This document shows, piece after piece, positions 27,604-36,749 of a DNA stretch of 64,000 bases (positions are counted from its first letter, which is position 1; each line of letters begins with the position of its first letter). The DNA lies in the IMG/VR virus record IMGVR_UViG_3300030095_005052, one strand, 5' to 3'. Both the position numbers and the translations under genes were made by a program. This stretch comes from an uncultured virus (IMG/VR IMGVR_UViG_3300030095_005052). Taxonomy: Duplodnaviria; Heunggongvirae; Uroviricota; Caudoviricetes. Below the pieces are notes generated by a model. That model searched no databases and was not told the DNA's origin. It was given only the letters and a program-made list of their open reading frames with translations.

Positions 27604-28316
27604 TCTCTTATATACCCCTCTCGTATCTCTGAGAGTATCCCAGAAGCGGAGTAATCACCTTCTGGGTCATCGTTCCCCACAAAGGTGCCAAATCGCTTCT
27701 CAGATACGTTAAAAACGGGGTAAAGAAACTCTCCTATATCCATATCGTACATTGCGTCATTCCCTGATCTCAAATGTACTTCAATAATATGCTCGCCTCG
27801 CCATTCAACATTTAAATCGTCAACATCATCTGGGAACCAGTGCGGTAAATATTGGCACTCTTTTGGAACTTCAATTCTCTCCCAACTCTCAAATAGCCTT
27901 AAATTTTTGTCGTTAACTTTACCTCGCATTGCGTGTATTGGCTCCCACGGATATGCGGAAGTATTACCGATAGAATTAGTGGTCTTTTTATAATCAACTG
28001 AAACATGATCGCCTTCAAAATACTCGCACCAAAAATGGCTAGGGCTTAAATAAGCGTGATCTCTGATTGCTTGTGAATCTTTTTCTGGGTCTAGCTCTAT
28101 TACTTTTGCATCAATGCCCATCCCGTAAAGATTATAAATTGGTCTGATGATGTATTTGCCCTTTTTAGAGATGGGGACACAAGCTGGGCCAGCATCATAT
28201 CCTAGAGTTAAGGCAAGTTCTAATTTATTAAAAATCCAACTGTTTTGGGGATATGCCTTCCAAGCGTCAACATCATCCATCAGTGGCCTCGGAAATGAAT
28301 TGTGTGCTTCCACCAT
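27600..28316 (-). CDS. ATP-grasp-like phage protein
   Basis: YIIRPIYNLYGMG, WCEYFEGDHVSVD, NVE...IIEVHLR. Confidence 0.55.
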   Translation of the reverse strand: MVEAHNSFPRPLMDDVDAWKAYPQNSWIFNKLELALTLGYDAGPACVPISKKGKYIIRPIYNLYGMGIDAKVIELDPEKDSQAIRDHAYLSPSHFWCEYFEGDHVSVDYKKTTNSIGNTSAYPWEPIHAMRGKVNDKNLRLFESWERIEVPKECQYLPHWFPDDVDDLNVEWRGEHIIEVHLRSGNDAMYDMDIGEFLYPVFNVSEKRFGTFVGNDDPEGDYSASGILSEIREGYIRD

Positions 28317-28352
28317 GATTTTATAAAAAATCTCTCTCGTGCTAAAAATCTT

Positions 28353-28487
28353 CTAATTATCCTCTTCAACTTTTTCACCTTGGCAACACTCTTCAATATT
28401 ACATTTACATTCGGTACATTGTTCGTGTCCGTGAACAAACACCCTACCCTCTCCCCGACATCGCGGACATTTCTCGCCTTTTTCCAT
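28353..28487 (-). CDS. 44-aa Cys-rich peptide
   Basis: CPRC...VHGHEQCTEC...CCQGE; GGAGG RBS. Confidence 0.6.
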   Translation of the reverse strand: MEKGEKCPRCRGEGRVFVHGHEQCTECKCNIEECCQGEKVEEDN

Positions 28488-28942
28488 TAATCCTCCTTCA
28501 AAAATAATTGTTTTTCTACCTCTCGCCTTTTGACTAATCCAGCTAAAATACGACCACCGCCTCGCCTCCACTGCCACCAAATATCGGCCGCACCCAAATA
28601 TTCTCTGCGATTTAAACGCATCCTAATTTGACTTTTTTGGAAGTTGCCAGAGCCAATGTTAAAAACTAAACTTACACAAGCTGAAAACTGGTTTATTGTA
28701 AGTGGCTGTTTAACCAATCTTGCAACTGCAACTTCAGTTCTTTTGAGGTCTCGCCTAAGTAAAAAGTCCCCTTCCTCTTCGGTAACATCTCGATGATCGC
28801 GCTGAACCCGATTGCCATCAAGACCGTAGATAGCACCAAAAGCGATAGTAAAATAATTACTGGGACACAGATACACGCTAGAACTGAAGGACTCAAAAAA
28901 TTTAATACATTTAACAGCTTCGTCATTAGTCATTTGCTCCAT
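28487..28942 (-). CDS. Endolysin, GH24 lysozyme
   Basis: IKFFES...YLCP...TIAFG, NQFSACVSLVFNIG, GLVKRREVE. Confidence 0.9.
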   Translation of the reverse strand: MEQMTNDEAVKCIKFFESFSSSVYLCPSNYFTIAFGAIYGLDGNRVQRDHRDVTEEEGDFLLRRDLKRTEVAVARLVKQPLTINQFSACVSLVFNIGSGNFQKSQIRMRLNRREYLGAADIWWQWRRGGGRILAGLVKRREVEKQLFLKED

Positions 28943-29364
28943 TTTTGCGTAAGCCGATTGCCGAAATAAAATGAAATAATACTAGAAAAAATAAGCGAGG
29001 TTTCTGGACTCCAAACCGTGTTAAACATTGCGGTATCTATGAATCCAAATGCTAGTAAAATAGTTAGAATAAAAAACTCTAACGCAAAAAAAGCGCATAT
29101 TGCTGGCCTAATTAAACCGCAAATATTATTGACCCATTGTGAGCTATTATTAGCCACTGTCTGCACTGTTTTCTGTATCTCTACGTTGGCGTCCCCAATC
29201 GATGTGATAACTGCCTCTTCACGCCTATCTGAACTCTGTTGAGCAATCATAGCAAGCTCGTGAGCCTTGTCTTTTGAGTCTTGCCTACTTTCCATAATCT
29301 GTTTGAAAATGCTGGGGCCAGTGCTAGACACAAACCCTAAAACAGAACCTAAAATTGTTAACAT
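28930..29364 (-). CDS. Holin (3-TM, GTA-holin-like)
   Basis: TM segments, IRP and FYFGNR motifs; next to the lysozyme gene. Confidence 0.7.
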   Translation of the reverse strand: MLTILGSVLGFVSSTGPSIFKQIMESRQDSKDKAHELAMIAQQSSDRREEAVITSIGDANVEIQKTVQTVANNSSQWVNNICGLIRPAICAFFALEFFILTILLAFGFIDTAMFNTVWSPETSLIFSSIISFYFGNRLTQKWSK

Positions 29365-29576
29365 TAGACCTCTCTTATAATATCTCTTGTGCTTTGGCTT
29401 AACTCCTCTAAAGCATCACCAACGGATGTATCTTCAAATTTACAGGGAAAAGAAAAAGCTGTCCCAACAGCTTTACCCTCTTGATTAAAATCTACGTGGC
29501 TGTAAACCTTGCCGAACGGGGTTTTTACTTTCTCTGTAATACAATAATATCTCGACACTTCTTTTTCCTCGATCAT
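29364..29576 (-). CDS. Small TSCPD-like protein
   Basis: TEKVKTPFGKVYSHVDFNQEG. Confidence 0.4.
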   Translation of the reverse strand: MIEEKEVSRYYCITEKVKTPFGKVYSHVDFNQEGKAVGTAFSFPCKFEDTSVGDALEELSQSTRDIIREV

Positions 29577-30304
29577 GGTGTCTCCCCATTCCAGCGACCA
29601 CCTTTTTCTAAAATCATAGGCAGTAACTTAGGTTGCCCGTCTAGTATTGCCCCACAGCCGATTATAGGGCGTTTGAGCGTGTTCTTATTGTATGCGAAGG
29701 CCAAGGACTCATCGTCAATTAAACAGCCTACAGTCATGCCCCAGTTTAGCTCTAAGGGTGTTCCGTTATTAACAATTTCAAAGGTTCCGTGGTGGTGGCC
29801 TTGAACAAAATTCATGCCAATCATCTCAACATTTCTTTTTGTTGAAACGCTCATTCCATGCACAAAATAAACATCTTTACCGCAAATGTTTCGCGTGAAA
29901 TGTGGTCTCCACCGCCAACCGTCTCCACGATTTCGGGCTATCGTGCCATCTGGCAAATGTTCGCCAAAAATAACATCTTTATACCCCAAGAGCATATGTC
30001 GTGGAAAACCATGCGCTTTGCCTTTTCGATAGTGCATTGACCCGTGATTACTATCGACTAGGTCAACAATGGGGAATACTTTCTCTAACTCCCAGAGAAA
30101 CTCCCTACCCTTTTTTAACTCGTCACCAGCCGCGCTCAAATCGGGATCGCTGTCATGGAAAGACATTGCATGGTTATCAAGTTCGTCACCAATACACACA
30201 ACCCACCCAAATTTATATTTTCGTTTGAGAGCTTTTAAAAATTCTAAACTGTCAGGGTGGTGGTATGGTGCGTGGAGATCAGATATAACTAATCCAGCAT
30301 CCAT
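29573..30304 (-). CDS. Calcineurin-like metallophosphoesterase
   Basis: ISDLH, GDELD, SNH, HG, GHHH. Confidence 0.85.
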   Translation of the reverse strand: MDAGLVISDLHAPYHHPDSLEFLKALKRKYKFGWVVCIGDELDNHAMSFHDSDPDLSAAGDELKKGREFLWELEKVFPIVDLVDSNHGSMHYRKGKAHGFPRHMLLGYKDVIFGEHLPDGTIARNRGDGWRWRPHFTRNICGKDVYFVHGMSVSTKRNVEMIGMNFVQGHHHGTFEIVNNGTPLELNWGMTVGCLIDDESLAFAYNKNTLKRPIIGCGAILDGQPKLLPMILEKGGRWNGETP

Positions 30305-30321
30305 ATTTTTTAACTACATTG

Positions 30322-30549
30322 TTAAATTGATTTTTCTTCAGCTTTTTCTTTTTTAGGTATTTCAAGTTCGATACAACCAGCTTTAGCTTCAACAATGCTA
30401 TGATTTTCTTGGTAAATAACTTTCAAAATGTCAGCACCGCGAAAATAACACTGGCTTAATGTTTGTGTGGGTGGGAGAGGATCATTAATCACGGTCTTTA
30501 CAACTGTGTCTCCAGTCCAGATCAGTAAAATTACTATGGCGCTAAACAT
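30322..30549 (-). CDS. Small exported or membrane protein
   Basis: Hydrophobic N-terminus. Confidence 0.55.
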   Translation of the reverse strand: MFSAIVILLIWTGDTVVKTVINDPLPPTQTLSQCYFRGADILKVIYQENHSIVEAKAGCIELEIPKKEKAEEKSI

Positions 30550-30894
30550 CTATTTCTCCACTGGGCTGTGTTTTCCATTGTGCATGTGCATAAGTGTGTC
30601 TACATCTCGACGACAAGCGTTCATTCTGTTTGTTAATGCCTCGGCCTCTCTTGCCGTATTTTCCAAATTGCTGGGACTAAGGATTCCACCAATTACACTA
30701 ATTTGATGTTTCATTACCGCATCGCCAGACTCGGTTTTATCTAAGCGAACATTAAGAGTTTGAATCTCTTCTTGTATGCCTTTCAGATCATCTTGGATTC
30801 TAGCTACTGTTGCTCTAATAACTCCCCAAGTAGTAGCCAAACCCGCAAGCACTGTTGCAAAGGTTAATAGTTCTCGCGCACCTAGCTCCATCAC
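30550..30894 (-). CDS. TM plus coiled-coil protein (lysis-associated?)
   Basis: N-terminal TM helix followed by a coiled coil. Confidence 0.6.
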   Translation of the reverse strand: MMELGARELLTFATVLAGLATTWGVIRATVARIQDDLKGIQEEIQTLNVRLDKTESGDAVMKHQISVIGGILSPSNLENTAREAEALTNRMNACRRDVDTLMHMHNGKHSPVEK

Positions 30895-31130
30895 TCAGGC
30901 TTCGGATAATTATCTTTGACTGCTTTGATAACTTTTTTCCATTCGTCAATTCCCTCATGATAAATCTTATCAAGCTGTTCGCCAATTGTAGGATAAGCAT
31001 CTAACCTTTTTTCAATATATAAAGTTTTAGCTTGTTCAACTAAAAATGCTTTTTCTTCAGCATCTCGCGCTGTTTCTTCAGCGTCAGTAAAATCAACTTT
31101 TTGACCATTTATTATGTGATGTCTGCTCAT
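30891..31130 (-). CDS. Fibre chaperone-like protein 3
   Basis: RLDAYPTIGEQLD...WK...VKDNYPKP. Confidence 0.6.
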   Translation of the reverse strand: MSRHHIINGQKVDFTDAEETARDAEEKAFLVEQAKTLYIEKRLDAYPTIGEQLDKIYHEGIDEWKKVIKAVKDNYPKPE

Positions 31131-31711
31131 GCATTTTTCCTTTTGTATAAATCGAAGAATCCTGTGGCGATATTCCCAGAAGTTGGCGAAAATTTAACAG
31201 CAGTATTTGCCTCGGCAGTTCCATATTTGCCCCCACCATTCACACGATAATAAGTCAGCCCAGTGTTAACTGTGATCCCGTCATAGTTGGCATATGTTTC
31301 GGTTGATGCGTTTGCTGGGTCAAATAACTGAAAAATAAAATAGCTTTCACCTGTTGCATCTGACGTAGCAGATGTATGCATGGGGTTAAAATTTGCTGTT
31401 ATTTTTTGACCTCCAGAATTTCCCGCACTGTCTATTCGGTAATCGGCTGAAAGGTATCCACTTGTACGATATGTTGGGCCAGCAACACCGACCTCAACTA
31501 TAACTCTTTGACTGTCAGTGCCAAATAACAAATTTGTTACAACAACTTGATAATCATAGCCTGTCGTTAAATCTGTATAGCTTACATCTGCCGTTGAAGA
31601 ACACGTTGTTCGAGAAACAAACTCCCAACCAGACTTCGGTGAGAATGATCCAGTAAAATTGTAACCATCAGTTTGATCTAAAACATCTGCTGTTATTTTA
31701 GTTACACTCAT
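31127..31711 (-). CDS. Tail fibre/receptor-binding module 3
   Basis: Beta-rich domain related to the C-terminus of 31989-32924. Confidence 0.6.
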   Translation of the reverse strand: MSVTKITADVLDQTDGYNFTGSFSPKSGWEFVSRTTCSSTADVSYTDLTTGYDYQVVVTNLLFGTDSQRVIVEVGVAGPTYRTSGYLSADYRIDSAGNSGGQKITANFNPMHTSATSDATGESYFIFQLFDPANASTETYANYDGITVNTGLTYYRVNGGGKYGTAEANTAVKFSPTSGNIATGFFDLYKRKNA

Positions 31712-31989
31712 TTTGGTTCCTCCGGCCAAGTGATCGGCTCTAAAATAGTCGTATCGTTTAATGTGCTAGGCAAATCGCGTAGTAATTTTCGGTATGCCTT
31801 CCACTCGTCTGATAACGTAAGATCAGAAGTGGCACGCCAATCTGATTGCAAAAGTTTTGCATCACGTTCTGATCGTAAATCAGACCACGCTCTTGCTGAA
31901 GCTCCGTCAGCCCACGACTTTTCTTCAGCATCGCGTTGGGCTTCTTGTTCTGCCGTATACTGTTTACCTTCTGCATTAAATCTTGCCAT
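31708..31989 (-). CDS. Tail fibre assembly chaperone 2
   Basis: LRSERDAKLLQSDW...WKAYRKLLRDLP...WPEEP. Confidence 0.75.
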   Translation of the reverse strand: MARFNAEGKQYTAEQEAQRDAEEKSWADGASARAWSDLRSERDAKLLQSDWRATSDLTLSDEWKAYRKLLRDLPSTLNDTTILEPITWPEEPK

Positions 31990-32924
31990 TATTTCATCCC
32001 ATACATTTTTATTGTTCCATCAAGATTTCCTGATGACATAAGAAATTGGATACCGTCTACATCAGCAGCTGAATTTCTATGTCCCCCAAAGGTAGCCTTA
32101 CAGTTACTTGCTGTTGATGCAGAATCATATGCAAGAACTTCTCCATAAACTTTTGTGTAATCTGCAACACCAGCACCATCAACATGGATGGTTCCACTAC
32201 CACTTTCAGCGGCAACATTTGACATTCCTCTATCACTAGCGCTACGAAACATATCTATGCCATTGTCCGCTAAATCTATATCATTAGCCGCTCCGTTAGT
32301 ATCTATATGAAAAACACACCAATCGTAATCAGAAGCACCGCTGTCATAAGATGACCCTCCATCTGAGGATGTCCTACACATAAAAAATGCGCCATTAGTT
32401 GCTGGACTAATTGAAAACGCTTTAAAAACATAAGAGGTATATGTAGCATTATCAAAATGACTAGAAGTAAAATCGATTGATGCGGCATTTGATGCAGTCT
32501 GTGTTGATAAAAGTACCAAATCTGCGGTGGCTTCAGCCCACGTTAATCCTCCGCTAGCTCCAGACTGCGCTTGTAAAAAGGTTCCATTAGTCGGGCTATT
32601 AGAAACCTTTAACTTTGCTTCGCTAACACTGTCGCTTCCTAACTTTGCTTCTGTCACACTTGCATCAGTCGGCACTTGCAAAGTGCCAACGCCAAAATAT
32701 TGAACGACAACATTATTACTTGCATTAGGCGGTGCAGTTGTGAAAGTGATCGTTGTTCCAGATACGGTAAAGTCAGTTCCGTTTCGCTGTACCACGCCAT
32801 TTATTCTAACGACACAAGCGTTTGTTGTTGTACTGTTAGCTAGTGTAAAAGCTGTTGTTGATGCGTTGCCCGTGAAGGTTTCTACGTGGGCATCGTAAGT
32901 ATCTCTTCCGACTAAAAAGGTCAT
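31989..32924 (-). CDS. Tail fibre/receptor-binding module 2
   Basis: FTGNASTTAF/INGVVQ domain, VTEAKL repeats, SNSPTNG linker. Confidence 0.7.
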   Translation of the reverse strand: MTFLVGRDTYDAHVETFTGNASTTAFTLANSTTTNACVVRINGVVQRNGTDFTVSGTTITFTTAPPNASNNVVVQYFGVGTLQVPTDASVTEAKLGSDSVSEAKLKVSNSPTNGTFLQAQSGASGGLTWAEATADLVLLSTQTASNAASIDFTSSHFDNATYTSYVFKAFSISPATNGAFFMCRTSSDGGSSYDSGASDYDWCVFHIDTNGAANDIDLADNGIDMFRSASDRGMSNVAAESGSGTIHVDGAGVADYTKVYGEVLAYDSASTASNCKATFGGHRNSAADVDGIQFLMSSGNLDGTIKMYGMK

Positions 32925-33317
32925 TTAACTAGGCTCCTCTGGCCACGTAATTTCATTTAAAACTGTTGTGTCATTGAGAGTGCTAGGAAAGTCTCTTAAA
33001 GATTTTCGGTATGCTTTCCATTCGTCTGACATTGTGACGTCTGAGTTTGCCATCCAATCACACGCAAGAAGTTTCTCATCTCTTTTTAATCGCACCCAAG
33101 CCCATGCATTTGCTAATTGATCTGATGTAACTTTTGCTGAATTGTACGTAGCTTTTCCGTCAGTAACTTTATAATACTGAATATTATCCCCTACACTCTC
33201 TTGTGCAAAACCACCATGTTTTACTACGTGTGCATCTGCCTCTGATTGAGTGTCAAAATCAAGATACTTGGTTACGTCTTCGCCAGAGGAAGAAACGATT
33301 GCTATATATTTTTTCAT
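32925..33317 (-). CDS. Tail fibre assembly chaperone 1
   Basis: RLKRDEKLLACDW...WKAYRKSLRDFP. Confidence 0.75.
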   Translation of the reverse strand: MKKYIAIVSSSGEDVTKYLDFDTQSEADAHVVKHGGFAQESVGDNIQYYKVTDGKATYNSAKVTSDQLANAWAWVRLKRDEKLLACDWMANSDVTMSDEWKAYRKSLRDFPSTLNDTTVLNEITWPEEPS

Positions 33318-33991
33318 GCTGGTGCCCACCTTAATGAAACTGATCCAGCATCAAATGTGCCGTCCGTTTTAAATCGAACCGTCGTAAGTTCTGCTGAAAT
33401 TGTTTTGTACCCTCCGAATGTGCCATGTCGGTGAACTGATGAACTTCCGTAATTACCATTGCCAATCCACGTTAAATCACTACTGCCGTTTAAAGTTTCA
33501 AATGTAAGAAGGCCGTACCAATTTAAATTATGATCGGTTTGATCAGCTTTGCAGATTTGAAACATGCCCGTGTCATGCTCGTATCCGCCAATGGTCTCAG
33601 CGGTGACCCCATATCCCGTGGTTTCAATTCCCCCCGAATCCCCGAGTTGAACTCCCATTGCCGAGCTATTCCCACTATTTGAAACGCCGTTTAAAAGAAC
33701 GGTAAATCTCTTCGCACCACTAGGAATTGAGAAGTCTACTGAAGTTCCCGAAGTCGTCGCTTGAGCCGCCACCTCAGTGAAAGTAAATGACGAAAGCTCT
33801 GCCCAAGTCATGCCTCCCGTATTTCCAGATTGTGCGCTGAGAAAATATCCGTTCGTTGGCGAATTGGATATTTGCATCCGTGCTTCGTTTACAATTTGGT
33901 CTGCTAATTTATCTTGGGATACAGCATCATCTGCAATATCTGAAGTTTGAATGTTACTGCCGAAATTTCTGCCTGTGATAAAATTACTCAT
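33314..33991 (-). CDS. Tail fibre/receptor-binding module 1
   Basis: IADDAVSQDKL, SNSPTNG linker, TTSGTSVDF...TFDAGSV tip domain. Confidence 0.7.
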   Translation of the reverse strand: MSNFITGRNFGSNIQTSDIADDAVSQDKLADQIVNEARMQISNSPTNGYFLSAQSGNTGGMTWAELSSFTFTEVAAQATTSGTSVDFSIPSGAKRFTVLLNGVSNSGNSSAMGVQLGDSGGIETTGYGVTAETIGGYEHDTGMFQICKADQTDHNLNWYGLLTFETLNGSSDLTWIGNGNYGSSSVHRHGTFGGYKTISAELTTVRFKTDGTFDAGSVSLRWAPA

Positions 33992-33992
33992 A

Positions 33993-34319
33993 TTAAGTCT
34001 GCTTCAAAAAACTAATGGTTGCTTCTAAACTTGATGCATTTTGACTTTTTAAATGTAAGGCATCGCCAGTCTCCAGAACTAGTTTGCCAATAACAGGAGA
34101 AAAAGCCTCGTTCGTTGGTATGCTAATTTCGTGAGCGATTATACTCTCCGATCCACCACCAGATTGAACAACCTTGGCAGAAATATGCGAAGAAGTTGAA
34201 GCGTGCATATTCGCAATCTGACAACCAATAATAGTCAGGGTCTCCGATCCCCCCGCAGTCAAAGCGGCGGCAAAAGATGTGCCTACGTCCGCTGAAACCA
34301 TGTGTAACGTGTCTGCCAT
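33993..34319 (-). CDS. Small virion/tail protein; gene spanning the A/B junction
   Basis: GKLVLETGDAL motif; duplicated at the window start. Confidence 0.75.
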   Translation of the reverse strand: MADTLHMVSADVGTSFAAALTAGGSETLTIIGCQIANMHASTSSHISAKVVQSGGGSESIIAHEISIPTNEAFSPVIGKLVLETGDALHLKSQNASSLEATISFLKQT

Positions 34320-34323
34320 TTAA

Positions 34324-34800
34324 TTATCCTCCTAAAGCTAAAACTGTTCCAATAGACGCGCCACTTTCAACGACGTTTGCTACCGGACTTATGAGTTGAA
34401 AATTACCAGCGGTTGATTCGTAAGCGATAATATAAATACCCCCTGCAACCAAATCACCTGATGCTAATGCTTGATTAAAATTTTTCTTAATGTCTTTGGC
34501 TCCTATGGAATCTAGGTTAATAGTGCAAGCTCCCGTGTTTGTGACACCATTTTCAAAAGCAAAGAGAAATCCTTGGGCGTATGCCGTCAACGACAAGCCT
34601 GTGGTTAACGTCATAGTATTTGTGCCGGATGTAATTTTTGTAGCACCAAGTAAATTACGCCAACCTGCGACGTCAGCCATCTCTGCTCGTGCGCTGTTAT
34701 TAATTGTCGACGGTGCCTGGTTCTCTGCCCAGTTAATTGAACTGCCAGAAATTGACGCGTTGCTACTTGCAGTTGTCGACCAATCGTAAATCGATGCCAT
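34324..34800 (-). CDS. Tail fibre attachment/adaptor-like protein (B)
   Basis: WSTTASSN...WAENQAPSTINNSAR; homolog of 114-578. Confidence 0.6.
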   Translation of the reverse strand: MASIYDWSTTASSNASISGSSINWAENQAPSTINNSARAEMADVAGWRNLLGATKITSGTNTMTLTTGLSLTAYAQGFLFAFENGVTNTGACTINLDSIGAKDIKKNFNQALASGDLVAGGIYIIAYESTAGNFQLISPVANVVESGASIGTVLALGG

Positions 34801-36749
34801 TAGAATTGCACTCCCATTCTGTCAGATGCAATTGCTCCAGTCCGGCGGCCTGTTTTTTCTAATGATGAAGAAACTATAGCATTTACCGCGTTATAGATTT
34901 GGTCAGTTACATCTCCGGTTAGTAATTTAGAAATTTTCTTTACGTCAGAAGCTGGGGTCATTAGCATATCTGATAAAATCCTCATGGTTTTATCTTTTGA
35001 AACTTCAGCCCCCTCACCTATAATTTTACTTGCAATAGTAGAGAGAAAACCTTCAGCCGACATTCTGTTATTGCCGCCCGCTCTTGACACTAAGTTATCA
35101 ATTTCGCGCTTTAATGGTTCAGTGCGTGATTGTCCACGGCCAAGTAATTGTGACGATGTTTCAAACATCATTAGCTCGTCATCTAATTCTTTAATAAACA
35201 TATCAAACCGTGCGTCATCATTTATTGCGCGCCTCAATATTTCTCTTTTTGGCCCTTTTACCAATCGTCGTATTGCTGACGCACTCTCCGGCCCCTCTTG
35301 CAATACATCGCGGACTGAAAACCCAACGCCGCGAATAAAACCGTCTAATTCTGGAGCCGACATTTGCGCGACTTCTTGTAATCCATAGCCAATCTTGTCT
35401 GTATTTTTTACGCGAAAAAGACTGTATCCCATTTCCATCGCCTTTTTTAATTGCGCTGGTTCAGCAAAAGTTTGACGAGCTATTTTATATGCACCAGATG
35501 GATCAACCATTTCGCTATCTAGAATTTCTAATAATTGCGTCTTTATATTTTGTATTTTACCCGCTGTTTTATTTGGCCCCTTTAGTGGAATTGTATTTTT
35601 CTCATACATCTTATCCAAACCATGTTTTATTAAATCCCAGGTTCTTGGATTTGAGGTATTTTTGAGATCGAATTTTTCACCGACTTCAACAAAATCTTTT
35701 GCACCTTTAGATGCTTTTTTTATAAGTGGGTGTTTAGCGAGTTGTGAAAGCGAACCCATTTGGCTTGTTAAATCCATTTCTTCAAACGCTTCCCGATACA
35801 CAGGGCCGGATGCTTTTCTTTGAGCTTTTGTAATCTCAGAAATTTCATCCGCCATAAACATTGAAAAAGGTTTTTTGGTTGCTAATCCCTTTTGTACGCT
35901 TTTAACAATTCGGCTTCCTGCACGATCTTCTCTGCCCCTCATTAAAGGTTGGATTTGTGATCTTGCATCACCCGCAATATTAGATACTGCCGACGTTGTC
36001 GTTTGTAAATTTTCACCTAAGTCACCAAGCACAGCATCATTTCTAAGTGTAGGGGCAACTGCCTCGGCTCTTTGTGTTATTGCTTGTGGCCCACCGTCAT
36101 AACGTGTCGTATCTCGCAATATATTTTTTGCTCTTTGTTCGTCTGCACTTGTGCCGACCATTCTTGCAAAACCTTTTTTTATACTTGGTGCAAGAGCCTC
36201 AATACCACCCCGCATAATCGTCCCGCCACCCGCACCAAAAATCGCTCCTTGTCCTGCATTTTTAGCTCGATTTGATATATCACCTTCGCCCGTTCCGAAC
36301 CCATACAATGCACCTTCACCGCCGCCTTGTAATGCCGCCTTACCAATTCTGCCGCCCATTGAGGCCGCTCTTGCCTGTCCTAGACCTGGGACGAACATCG
36401 TTGGCAGTGCGCCAGCTACCTCAAGACCGAGTGCTTTAGCCGGATTTGCACTTGCATAATTTTTAATTCCTTGTCGTTCTTCTGCGACCGCGTCATCGTA
36501 TGTCTGATCTGTAAACGCAGATTTTACACCCGCAGTTATTTCATCTCCAAAACCGAATGATAAACCTTGACCTGCCGTTCTAAAGACATTTGCCCAAGAA
36601 GAAATATGGTCGTCGATTTCAGCAAGCGAAAGTGGATTCCCGTCCCTTCTCAAAGCAATTTGTATTTCTTTATCTGTGGTACCAGATTTTCTTAAATCGG
36701 TTACCGATTTTGCCCATTTTGCCATTTTATCAGCACTAATATTTCTCAT
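34800..36749 (-). CDS. Large DNA ejection protein (B)
   Basis: GQGLSFGFGDEI motif shared with 578-2566. Confidence 0.65.
   Translation of the reverse strand: MRNISADKMAKWAKSVTDLRKSGTTDKEIQIALRRDGNPLSLAEIDDHISSWANVFRTAGQGLSFGFGDEITAGVKSAFTDQTYDDAVAEERQGIKNYASANPAKALGLEVAGALPTMFVPGLGQARAASMGGRIGKAALQGGGEGALYGFGTGEGDISNRAKNAGQGAIFGAGGGTIMRGGIEALAPSIKKGFARMVGTSADEQRAKNILRDTTRYDGGPQAITQRAEAVAPTLRNDAVLGDLGENLQTTTSAVSNIAGDARSQIQPLMRGREDRAGSRIVKSVQKGLATKKPFSMFMADEISEITKAQRKASGPVYREAFEEMDLTSQMGSLSQLAKHPLIKKASKGAKDFVEVGEKFDLKNTSNPRTWDLIKHGLDKMYEKNTIPLKGPNKTAGKIQNIKTQLLEILDSEMVDPSGAYKIARQTFAEPAQLKKAMEMGYSLFRVKNTDKIGYGLQEVAQMSAPELDGFIRGVGFSVRDVLQEGPESASAIRRLVKGPKREILRRAINDDARFDMFIKELDDELMMFETSSQLLGRGQSRTEPLKREIDNLVSRAGGNNRMSAEGFLSTIASKIIGEGAEVSKDKTMRILSDMLMTPASDVKKISKLLTGDVTDQIYNAVNAIVSSSLEKTGRRTGAIASDRMGVQF

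Larger units (their letters stand above)
1..34210. mobile_element. Temperate podovirus-like phage genome A, apparently complete and circularly permuted (~34.2 kb)
   Basis: Full set of head, tail, ejection, lysis, replication, immunity and integration genes; 1-79 identical to 34211-34289. Confidence 0.8.

Noticed and set aside
30891..34319. DGR or invertible tail-fibre switch
   Set aside because: No reverse transcriptase, no TR/VR pair with adenine-specific differences, no invertase, and all genes are co-oriented.
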